64,000 nt of DNA, taken from assembly GCF_000143415.4 (NCBI RefSeq), contig NW_003314267.1:2707839-2771838 (forward strand), given 5' to 3'. Every line of letters begins with the position of its first letter. The first letter of the stretch is position 1. This document shows, one piece after another, positions 50,890 through 62,045 of the stretch. The DNA comes from Selaginella moellendorffii. Lineage: Eukaryota; Plantae; Lycopodiophyta. Position numbers and translations under genes: made by a program. Below the pieces are notes generated by a model, which ran no database searches, had not been told where the DNA came from, and saw only the letters and a program-made list of their open reading frames with translations.

Positions 50890-51628
50890 CCCTAAAGCTA
50901 AAACCCTCAACCCTAAAACCAGATTTACTTGTGTCCGCTCTAGGGTTTCTTGGGCGCCGCCTTCTTCTCTCTCGCTTCTCCTGTGTGTGGGGTGATGATA
51001 CATTGATTCAGACGCGAATCGTAGTGGTGACCTGAATCAGACTACAATTATCTGACCACGCTGCCATTCCAATCCTTTCTCTGTTGCTCTCTTCTGTTGC
51101 CACTGATGAAACAGCAAAGAGCTATTAGAACAAGAGTGTTTGGTGGCTGTCACGCTCCAAGTGCTATTGCGGAGCGGATGTAAAACATCCCCATCGCGCC
51201 CCGCAAGCAAGATGATTCCCAGAACACCCAAATCCTGCTGACAATCCACGGCTGCGAGCGATTCCCCCGTGCCACGTGTGCGGCCGGATTTTGTTTGCAG
51301 CAACCTCTGGGCCTATGGCGAGCGCACGGGCGAGAGACGAGAGAGCAGAGGGGGGCAACAAATGCAAGGCGCCGGATCCTTTGCTTTGTCTCGGGGTGGT
51401 CTCCGTGCGCGTCCTCGATCCGTGATGCGTCCGTCCATGCTGCATTTGGCGGTTAGTGCAAGAATTTAGGCTTCGATCAGGGTTTCGAAGTGGAGCTGGA
51501 GCCAGATCTTGCTTGGATTGTCGATCCACTCCTAGTCTCTCTCCCGCGGCAAGCACGCGAATCCTCTCTCCAATTCTAATCCGGGCTACTAGGCAGGATC
51601 ATATGAGCTTTTGGCGAGGGCCCCGGAC

Positions 51629-53118
51629 ATGAAGAAGGCAACCCCTCCGATGGTGGCGGCTGTGGAGAGGAAGTGGCTGCTACCACTGGTGGCCAGCACC
51701 TTGGTCTCCATCGCCTTGTTCCTGGCCACCTCCATCAACTTTGGGCGAGCCAATCTCTCCCACCTCAACTTGTTCGTGGAGCAGCAGCAGCCACAGCGCG
51801 CCCAGCAATCCGGCAGCGACCCCATCCGCCAGCTGCCTGCGTCCGACTTCCCGCCACCTCCGCGCCTGGCCTACTTGATCTCGGGAACCAAAGGCGATGG
51901 CAACCGCATGCGGAGGGTTCTGCAGGCGCTCTACCACCCGCGGAACCAGTACGTGCTGCACCTGGACCTGGAGGCGCCGCCTCGGGAGCGAGTGGAGCTG
52001 GCGCGATATGTCAAGATGGATCCAACTTTCGGCGACGTCAAGAACGTGCATGTGATCGGCAAGGCCAACCTGGTGACTTACCGAGGCCCGACCATGGTGT
52101 CCTGCACGCTCCATGCCGCCGCCATCCTTCTTCGCCAGAGCCCCGACTGGGACTGGTTTATCAACCTCAGCGCCTCGGATTACCCCCTCGTTACCCAGGA
52201 CGGTACGTGGCTTGAAAGATTCCTATGCTTTTGGTGTGCGATTGACAACCAGGCTTTGGTTTCTCCAGATTTGCTTCATGTCTTGTCGTACTTGCCCAAG
52301 GATCTCAACTTCATAGACCACACCAGCGACATCGGGTGGAAAGAGTACGTTTTGCTTTTTGTTACCTCTATATGCTGACTGACATGGCCTGGCGGCTGGG
52401 GTTCCAGGTTCCAGAGGGCGAAGCCACTCATTGTTGATCCCGGATTGTACCTCAACAAAAAGAGCGATGTTTTTTGGGCCACCCAGAGGAGGTCTCTTCC
52501 TACCGCATTCAAACTCTTCACAGGTATCTACACAAGAGCAAAGCAAGAGAGGTTTCAGGATTCTCAACGTTTGTTTGTGTGGTTTTCTGGTCAGGGTCGG
52601 CGTGGGTGGGATTGTCTCGAGCGTTTGTGGACTATACCGTCATGGGATGGGACAATCTTCCCAGGACACTGCTCATGTACTACACCAACTTTATATCCTC
52701 GCCCGAGGGATACTTCCACACGGTCATCTGCAACTCGCCGGAGTTTCGAAACACCACCGTCAACCACGACTTGCACTACATCGCGTGGGACAACCCCCCG
52801 AAGCAGCACCCGCTCACGCTCACGTCCAAGCTCTTCAAGAACATGACCAGCAGCGGCGCCCCGTTCGCGAGGAAATTCGCGCGGGAGGATCCGGTGCTGG
52901 ACAAGATCGACAAGGAGCTCCTGAGACGCGTTCCCGGCCGCTTTGTGCCCGGAGGCTGGTGTTTGGGATCGTCCGACAGTGGCGAGGACCCTTGCCTGAC
53001 GGTGGGCGATTCGTCCGTCCTTCGTCCCGGCCCGGGAGCCAAGAGGTTCGAGAAGCTCATTCTCCAAGTTGTGTCGTCCAAAACATTCCGCTCCAACCAA
53101 TGCAAAGTGAGGCGGTGA
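51629..53118 (+). CDS. GT14 core-2/I-branching glycosyltransferase (GlcAT14-like)
   Basis: PRLAYLISG, LYHPRNQYVLHLD, WDWFINLSASDYPL, SPEGYFHT and PFARKF. Confidence 0.96.
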
Positions 53119-53190
53119 TCTCTTCCTCCACCAGCATTGCATTGCAGCAGCGCGTGTATATTTTTTAAAGATAGGGTTACTTTCTTCGTC

Positions 53191-53538
53191 ATGGAGCTGT
53201 CTCTTGTCACGCTGGCGCCATTTCCAGGCAGTCGTACTACTCGTAGCAAATGCCGCCGTCGCAGGGCGCTTGTCTCGAATGCGATCAAGAGCCCGCCTCC
53301 TCTGGTCGTGCAGCTCTCGGTGGGAGTGTTCGCGCTGGGATTCCTTGACGCCGGGTGCGTTTGTTATGTACATGTATTGTCATTGACATGGTCGCTTCAC
53401 AGGTATAGTGGCGACTGGTCGCGAATCGGTGTGCTATCCAAAGGCAGCGAGGCAGTCATTCGCGACGCCGCATTCGCTGTTGTGCCACTGTGCCTGGCGA
53501 TAATCTTGTGGATCGGGAAAACAAATGAAAAGCCCTAA
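53191..53538 (+). CDS. Small conserved plant (probably plastid) membrane protein of unknown function, 2 exons
   Basis: Transit-like N-terminus; spliced motif LGFLDAG|YSGDWSRIG followed by a hydrophobic segment. Confidence 0.7.
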   Translation: MELSLVTLAPFPGSRTTRSKCRRRRALVSNAIKSPPPLVVQLSVGVFALGFLDAGCVCYVHVLSLTWSLHRYSGDWSRIGVLSKGSEAVIRDAAFAVVPLCLAIILWIGKTNEKP

Positions 53539-53575
53539 AACAGAGCACTAAAGCCCTAATTTACTTTGTGTTGCT

Positions 53576-54783
53576 ATGGCGAGTATCAGAGTTGGAGGGG
53601 CGCCTGCGGCTCCGGCTCCAGCTTTTCCAATCCCTGGAGCCCAATTCCGGCTCGCGGTCTCGACAATCTCGGCGATTCCCGCTCCCAGGCGCCTGCGCCG
53701 CCGTCTCGTCACCAGGGCCGCCAATCCATCCACGGCTCTGTTTGCAAAAGAAATGGAGCGCGTCGCAGCAAAAGAGGCTCTACTTTTCGCCGTGAGTCCA
53801 TGCATTATCCTCAGTCTCGATTTTTCTTGTTTGCTCCTTGCTGCTACTAGGTGAAAGATGCGGGAGGCCTAAACGCGAGCAACGATGCTGCTGTCCTCGA
53901 CATATGTGAGAAGCTGCTCGCTGTGGAGCGCTTGAATCCAACTCCACGTCCAACGACGTAAGCGGGACGCATGATGCGACTAACAAAGACAAGTCTGGTT
54001 TTGTCCCCAGGTCACCTCTTCTCGAGGGCCTTTGGAATCTCGAGTGGGCGGGAGCTCGGTTGATGGCATCCAAGGTTTTGATAACGTACATCGTGTCCTA
54101 AAGGCAAGTTGGAAAAAGTACTTCAGTGTCTTGTGTAATGTGTAGAACGTTCCCCGCATTGCTGTCTATCGAAGGAGTCACGCTACGAGTAATGGACGGA
54201 ATGGCGAGAGCTACTCTCAATCTCAAATTCTTGAACTCGGTAAGTTTGCTGGTCTCAATTGCCAACTTTATTTTGCTTTCTCTCTCATTTCATTTGATGA
54301 GGTGCAGATTGAGACGAGCTTCATATTGACAACAAATATTTCAGCTCAAGGGCCATTGCGGCTTAAAGAGCAGTACGTGGATGGTGTTATAGCTCCTCCG
54401 CTTGTCAAGGAAGGCAGCATTCCACCCCAAGTTCAAGGAATTTACGACCAGTTTGTAGCTGCCGCTCATAGGCTTCCGGACTCTGTCAAGGATAGCGTCT
54501 CTGGCGGCCTCAAGCTTCCACTTGGTAAACCACCTAAAGTACATCTGTGAGCCTGACTAGGAAGTTTTATCTGATCAGGTGGAGGCTTGAGTTACGAGAG
54601 GCTGTTGCTTATCTCGTACTTGGACGAAGAAGTGCTGGTGAGTAGCTCTTGTTTCACTTGTTTGAAACGATGCCGTTTTTGCCCCAGGTTGTAAGAGATC
54701 CAACAGGAGCTCCAGAAGTTTTGTCGAGACTAGAGGTAAAGTCTCCGGTTGCAGCCGATCCGGAAATCGGATACTACAAGTAA
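53576..54783 (+). CDS. Plastid lipid-associated protein / fibrillin
   Basis: VERLNPTPRPTTSPLLEGLWN, GPLRLKEQY and LLISYLDEEVLVVRD. Confidence 0.88.
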
Positions 54784-54997
54784 CAAGCTGTAAGCAAACT
54801 TTTTCCTCTCCCCTAGTGATAAGTTACCTACTGGGACCGTGTCGGTGTGATGGATTGACATGACTCCTTACCAAAGAGATAATTGCAGCTTTGAATTGAA
54901 TCGAATCGAGTTGCGTGCGCACAACGCAACTCCCCGTGCATCGGTGATCAAATCCAGCCATCCCCCCACTCCTTCGACAAGCTTATCGACCGATCGT

Positions 54998-55550
54998 ATG
55001 TATGACTCTCCTGCACTCTGGTGTTGTTCGCTTTCTTCGTCGGCTCGGCTGTTTCGTCCGACCCGGACCCCCCTCCAGGACTTCTGCATCGCTAATCTCA
55101 CCATGGACTTGAATATCAACGCCCACTTCATCTATTGCGGCCTCGTCAATTCTTCCAAATTCACCAACGTGGACCGAGCTGGTGCCACCTTTGGAACAGT
55201 CCAACTCTTCCCGGGGCTGGGCCTGTCCATTGGCAGGCTCGACTTCGCACTGGGTGGGATCATCGTTCCGCACACCCATCCCCGAGCTTCGGAGCTCGTC
55301 TACGTCGAAGAAGGCAGCGTCCACGCCGCTATCATCACCTCGGACAGCCGGCTGTATGCCAGAGTGATCACCAAGGGCGAAGTCATGAGGGTCTCATCCA
55401 CTGGCAGATGAGCGTGGGGAAGACCAACGCCAAAGTCATCGTCACGCTCAACTCCCACCTCCCTGGACTCTAGTTCGTTGCTCAGTCCATGTTTGGATCC
55501 GGAATTCCAGACGAAGTGCTTGAGAAGACGTTCTTCCACACCATTTCTCA
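54998..55550 (+). pseudogene. Germin-like protein pseudogene
   Basis: DPDP/LQDFCIA, PHTHPRASE and GLIHWQ motifs, with a +1 frameshift at a C-run, small deletions and an in-frame TAG. Confidence 0.85.
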
Positions 55551-55636
55551 GGTGAAATATGTTCGCTTGAAAATCCGCAAGTCTCCGTGTAAAGTTTAAA
55601 CTCGTTGTATAATGGTTGAGTGGCCAGAGTTCCTGC

Positions 55637-57102
55637 TCAGATATCCAAGTCATCGTCGGGGTCTTCGTCGGAATCTGGCATTTCGTCATCGGAATCCCGC
55701 AGGTAGTGAATGCTGCCGCTGGAAGATTTTGTTTCGACTCCAGCTTCTGACTGGCGACCGTCATATATTCGCACCTCCTGTCCGTCCCCTGAAACACAGA
55801 ACGGACTAGGCTAAGCTCCTTGGAAGAGGCATGAAGTCTCCTACCTTGGTGTTCGAAGGGAAGTCTCACTCTGGATCTGTCTTCCACTTCCTTGTCTGAC
55901 AGGTGCAGTCTAAACTGAACCTGAACATGCCACACAACACCATGTGCCTCGGAAAAAAATGAGAGCTCTACTACCTTGTGAATCGCATCAACATTGTCTA
56001 CTTTGGTGCCAAGCTCCACGGGGAAGAAGTTGAACCTCCCAACCTCCACCCTGAACTCATCCACCTGAAGAAACGATTTCGACTTGTCACACACACAATT
56101 GAATAGCCAGAGCACGCACCTTTTCTGAGACCCGCCCGTTTCTTCGCTTGTGCCGGATTCGTAGCCTTCCGACACCTCTCGCGTCAAGAAAATCCAACTG
56201 CGGCTCCACAAAAGCGGTGGCTGTTGCATTATACTCCAGTGCGTCCACGACCCTGGCCTGATGCAGACCACCATCCGTGAACCACAGGATTGCAGACACG
56301 CTATCTGCACATTTATCGCCCCTGTTAGAAGACATACAAACTTACAAAGTCGTACCGAGAGCCCGAAGCTGGCAAATAAAGCTCGAGACTGCGGCCAAAG
56401 AGTGGTGCCGCATCAAAAAGGTCAGCTGGTTTTGCGATATACAAAGGACACAATCAATGATCAGAAAGCAGAGATAGGAGGACAACTGGTACCGAGTCAA
56501 TCGCGACAGCAAATCTTCCTTTAGGTTGCTTATCGGCGAACACTGGCAAACACACACGCTTGATCGCTAAAGCAGGACAAAAGAAAGAAGGGGAGACTAC
56601 CTTTGCCAGCCTCGTGAATTTTTGAGAAAAGAGAGCTGAGGTTCCTCACGTCGATAGCTTTCATCTCCTCCAGACTAGTTGTGTTTGGCGAGATCAGCCT
56701 ATCCCACCCCAGGGGATCCGAAAAACAGTCCAGAACCTGAAAGCTTTACAGAAGTCTCGAGTCACAAAGAGTTCAGCGCAAGAAAAATGTCCTTACCAGG
56801 ACGATGACACATTTCTCAGCACGGAGAAATAAGTTTGCGGACTAGAAGACGATGCGACCAACACCAATCCTCTGTGGCTTGCAAGCGAGCGCGTTTAGAT
56901 TCCAAACTAGAGAGACGAAAGCAAACACTTACTTCGCTTGTGCCGCTCCCGACGCAAGGTTGGCAGCCAGCGATTCCACAAAATGCCTGAAGATGCCCAA
57001 CCCGGCTGTTGTATCGACGGCGTTGATCACCATCACGGCAGCCGCGTGCTCGCCATCGGCGGCCCCGCTGCGCAGCACGCGCGCAATGCTCGCTTCCGCC
57101 AT
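55637..57102 (-). CDS. ELP5: Elongator complex subunit 5
   Basis: [35 protein letters not shown] and a C-terminal [12 protein letters not shown]. Confidence 0.85.
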
Positions 57103-57136
57103 GGAGTGGTGCCCGATTTTAGGGTTAGGTTGCGCA

Positions 57137-57795
57137 ATGGCGCAGCGGTGGCTGGCACTTGGCCTCTTGCTCGTGGTTGCGCATCAATGGTAAGCTTCCC
57201 TCGGCCTGTGGATGGATGGATGGATGGATTCATGTGTGCTTGTATCTCCAGCACGGCATCGTCGTCATCCTCGCCTCTGGTGATATCGGAGCAACAGGGG
57301 AATTCCAGCTTCGAATGCATCGCGTCCCAGCGCTGCGTGCCCTGCGCCCTCGCTCAAAAGGTTTCCCAGGGACTGTCTTTCACCATCTCTTGCTTGCGCC
57401 TAATGCCCCACGGGCGCCATGGCAGGAAAACGATGACGTCTACCACTGCTCCGCCACGGGCTACTACATGCAGTACAAGTGCGTGAGCGTCACCCGACAG
57501 GACGAGGAGGAAGCCCCCCGCAAGGCGGCAAGCGCGAGGCAGCAAGACAGCAGCAGCAACATCTTCCACATTTACAGGAGCTGCGTGCCGTCCATTCCCG
57601 AGGACAGGCTCAGCGTTGTCGGCTTCGAGGTGGGCGACCCAATTTGTTTTCGAGTGTCATCCCATCACGCTTGTTTGGTCGCAGGGAATCATGCTGGGGT
57701 TGCTGGCGGTGTTCTCGCCGGTGCTCTACCTGAGGAAGAAGCGGGGATTTGTGCCCTCGGGAATGACCCGGATCCCATCCTCCACCAGATTCTAG
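57137..57795 (+). CDS. Small Cys-rich type-I membrane protein (JTB-like)
   Basis: Signal peptide, CVPC...CSATGY...C, YRSC, a transmembrane segment, then RKKR. Confidence 0.7.
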
Positions 57796-57856
57796 GCTCG
57801 TTATTGTTTAAATAATAGTCTGCCCTATCATTTTCTAGGGCACAAGGGCTGGAGCC

Positions 57857-59665
57857 ATGAAGAGCAAGGGCGGCAAGGCGATGAATCCCACGGACGCATA
57901 CCGCAAGGAGCTGCGCAAGAAGGAGTTGAAACGAGTGAGTTGCGCTTGCTGTTGCTCTTCCTGTCGCTCAATTCCATGTTTGCAGAACAAAAAGGAGAGG
58001 AAGAAGGTGAGGGAGGTGGGCATTCTCAAAAAGGACCCGGAGGCTCTCAAGGACCAGATCAAGAAGCTCGACACCCAGAGTAAGCGCGCATGCATTTCTA
58101 GGCCAACACTGACAAACAGTGCGCGGCAAACGTTTTAGATACAGAAGCAGACGGAGCTCTGGACAAGACGAGGCGGCACAAGAAGCGGCAGCTCGAGGAC
58201 ACTCTCAACCTCGTTCTCAAGAAGCGAAAGGTATGCTCTTGAAACCTCCCAGGTTGTGTGTACCAATCATAAACGCTGGGTGCAACCAGGAGTACGTGGA
58301 CAAGATGAAAGAAAAAGGAGAAGATCCGGTTATGTTCAGGTAAGCTGTTTGTTGCTAGAGGTTTTATGCCTTTGTGCCAAACCATCTGACAGGTCTATTG
58401 GATGACAGCCACTTGCCTGCTCCTCGAGCAAAAGCTCCAGGCGACGAAGACGACGACAAGCCATACACACCTCAGGTGACACGGTCCCGCACTCCATTGT
58501 ACTTGTGCTTACAACAAGTTCCAGGACTCTGCGTATGACCATACGACGCTAAATCCCGCTGGAGTTCCACCACCTGGGAAGCCGCCAATGTACAGACCAT
58601 TCACAGGATCAGGTACATGTCGCGATCGCTCGATATCAGCTCTTAGGTCCCGAATGTTGGTGTCCATGTGATTTCAGCGCCCGAGCTGAATGTAGCTGTG
58701 CCTCTCCCGCCGCCACCTCCTCCGCCACCTTTGCCTGTGAGCAGGGAAGTGAGTGAGTTGGACCCGCTCTCTGTGCCCGTTCCTCCGCCGCCTCCTGCTC
58801 CTCGCTTGCCACCCAAGCCTTCGACTATGACGTATATTCCACCTTCCGGGGAGCCCTCTACCTCAGCAGGGAACGATGCGAGAGCAGAGGTTCGTATAGC
58901 GTGCTTCTTGTCATAGTGTTGACCCTTCGTTGGCATGTAGTTGGCAGATACACCACCTCAAGACTCTGGAGACGATGATAATGACGACGACGACGACGAT
59001 GACGACTCCGACTCTGAACGAGAAAAAGCTGCTTCAACGTCATCTGCTGTGGTCCGGCCACCCTTAGTAACGCCAATGCAAATGACACCACTCCCACCAC
59101 CACCACCACCACCGCCAGCAATGAGACCTCCGCCCCCTGTTCCTCCAAGGTTGCCGCTGGCCCCTCCTGGAATGGTTGCACCACCAGCTGGTATATCACA
59201 GCCACATTTCACGTTTCCACCACCGCCAGGTCTTCCTCACGTTGGCATGGCCTACGGCAGTGTTCCTCCAGCAGCTGTAGCACCAAGAGCAACAGCACAA
59301 GAAGCCCCCCCTAAAACCACCACCACCAATAAGCCATTCTATGTCAAGTCTGCGGCCCCAACAGCGACAAAGCGACCCCTGGCACAGCACACTCCGGGCC
59401 TGACTGCCATGGTACGTAACTTCGAAAGTTACCTATTTATTTCATTTTGCGACTCCCTTGACAGGTGCCAGCGTCTGTGAGAGTTCGAAGAGAAACAGCA
59501 CCGAAAGCAAAGCCTAAGCCGTCTGTAACTCACGCTGCTGCCCCAGCCATAACACCGAGGCCTCCCGTTCTAGCTGTCAAGCCTCAAAGCATCGACGACT
59601 CCTATTCCGCCTTTCTGGAGGACATGAAGGCCCTGGGTGCATTTGATGAAGAAGACGTTAAGTGA
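57857..59665 (+). CDS. ELF5: WBP11/Npw38BP homolog (EARLY FLOWERING 5-like), proline-rich
   Basis: [33 protein letters not shown], poly-Pro tracts and [18 protein letters not shown]. Confidence 0.92.
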
Positions 59666-59832
59666 AAGAGGCTTGTGTAGAAGCGCAGTCTTTATTTCCG
59701 TTCTGTACAAACTTTTCTTGCTTGGAGAAGCAAGTTATTGTGCTTTGATTCTCAGCGGCCTTGAAGAAGTGGCTCCTCCCTGTTATCAAATGGAATGAAT
59801 ATAAATGACTGAGCACACAAAAGTAAGTCTGG

Positions 59833-61985
59833 TTACAGTTTGGAAGTAGCAGGGGACAGTCGCCGCTTGAGATCGCCTGCGACCGAATCTAAAAACTCTT
59901 CGGTGCTAAGATACATGTTTCGAGGAGCCCTGTAGCAAACAGAAAACGTGAGCAAACAAAGAAAGTTGTTGCCAACTTACTTCGGGCCATGGAGAAGTAT
60001 CGCAAGATCTTTAGTCATCTTGCCAGCTTCGACAGTCCCAACACAAGCCGCTTCCAGCTTCTCAGCAAATTCTTGTAGTTTTAAGTTACCATCCAGTTTA
60101 GCCCTGCACTCACGGTCTAAAGCCAAAGCGAGAGACAAGCCTGACGTCTTACCTGTGGCCAAGTCCCCGGCTCCATGCAAAAATGGATGCTATACTGTTC
60201 GTACTAGTTTCTCCTCCCTTCTGATGCACCCTGAAGTGCCGTGTCACTGTGCCATGAGCAGCTTCAGCTTCGATGGTCTTCCCATCGGGACATCTCTACA
60301 TCAAACACATATTAAACAGGCCGTCCAATTGCCTCGACTTACCAGAATTGAAGTCATGAGACCCAGTGAACCAAAACCTGGGGGTACTCGAAATAAATGA
60401 GAGACAACGTTGTACACCGAGGCGTACCTTGAGCAAGAAAATCGCTCTGAACATCGCCGTCGTAATTTTTGCAGGCCCATACATAACCACCTTCACTCTT
60501 CAGAGCGTACGCGACCATATCATCAATAAGCCGGTGCTCATACCTGCGCCAGCATTGTCCATGGACATATAGTCAATAGGCTGTATGCTTACCAGATTCC
60601 GGCTTCCTCAAACTTTGACTTCCAGTCGGCTTCATATACATCCTGGAAGATATCCTTGAACCTTGGAGGCGAAGAGATCAACCATTACAAGGTGGACGTT
60701 TCCTTTGAGAACTTTAGAGTCATACCTGCCGTCGTACTTCTTCAAGATTGTGTTCTTTGTGCTCAAGTATAGAGGCCATTTCTTGTCATAGGCCATCATC
60801 ATCGACGACTTCGCAAAAGCTGCAATCGACTTCAAGACGACGTTTACAAAGATGTCAGGCATTGCTTCGGAAACAGTACGGGCATAAGGACCTCGTCTGT
60901 GTTAAACATGGACAGTCCCACGCCACCCGCGCCCTTGAAGTTATATACTTCCAGTTCCACCGGCTTTCCATTGTCAGGGACTGTTAAAAGACATAAGTGG
61001 GTATATACCACAAATGACATTCGATGACATACCGTATACCAGGTTAAGCTTTCCAGGACCTTGAATCACCATGTCTGTTGCTCGGTACTGATCCCCAAAA
61101 GCATGCCTGCCAATGCAAATTGGCTTTTGCCATCCTGCAAAAGACTGCTTCGGCACCAAGCTTACATTTTAGTAAATCAATCACCTGGCACAAGTCTTGG
61201 AATATTTTTGCAAAGGATAGGCTCCCGAAACACGGTACCTGAAGCGGAGATGAGAGATAGAATGCATTGAGCTGATCTACCATTCAAGATGTTCCTGATG
61301 GTTCCGTTGGGACTTTTCCACATTCTCTTAAGCCCAAACTCTTTGACCCGAGTCTCATCTGCAGCGCGACAACAATGAAAGCCCGAGGCTGGGTTGCAAG
61401 CAAACGGAAAAACAAACCAGGAGTGATGGTTGCACACTTGACGGCCACGTTGTACCTGTGACAAGTCAATATGGTGCCGCCGGAACTCTATAGAGGAGCA
61501 AAAATCCTACGTACCTGAGGGTAGCCTGCGCACTTTCAGCAGTCACTTTGTCATCGGTGGCATCTCGGTTGAGAATGCCAAGATCATAGTATTTGATATC
61601 CACATCCACAAACGGCACAACAAGCTACAAGAAAAGAAGGGAATGATTGCTCTTTGCCGCTGCTGTGTGCTATCCATGTACCTTTTCTTTGATCATGCTC
61701 CAGATCACCCTGGCCATCTCATCACCTGTCGAGAAGCAGGAATGCGAGGTCAGGCAACCCAGCTGGTAAGTGCGAAATCGAACCATCCATTTCCACGATC
61801 GGATTATCGACTTTGATCCGCTCGAACGCCATATCGGACACGGCCCTCAGCGCCTGTGCTCTTGGTCGTGGGGAGAAGATGCGGACGGATGCAGGGGCGG
61901 ATGAGAGACCGAGGCAGGCGGCGCCGCGTGTCGGGGCCGGAATCGCTGCAGGCGTACACAGGTGCCTTTGCATCATGCGCAGCAT
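59833..61985 (-). CDS. IDH: NADP-dependent isocitrate dehydrogenase
   Basis: [55 protein letters not shown] and MTKDLA; ends SKL. Confidence 0.97.
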
Positions 61986-62045
61986 CAAAGCCAGACCTAG
62001 TTAAACCCTAGCTAAAACTTTTCATTTTGCGTTTTTTCTGAGGAT

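Noticed and set aside
54998-55550. Germin (and MLO) pseudogenes checked for micro-inversions like those in the RNase T2 copy
   Set aside because: Their lesions are explained by small indels and point stops; no strand-switched segments were seen.
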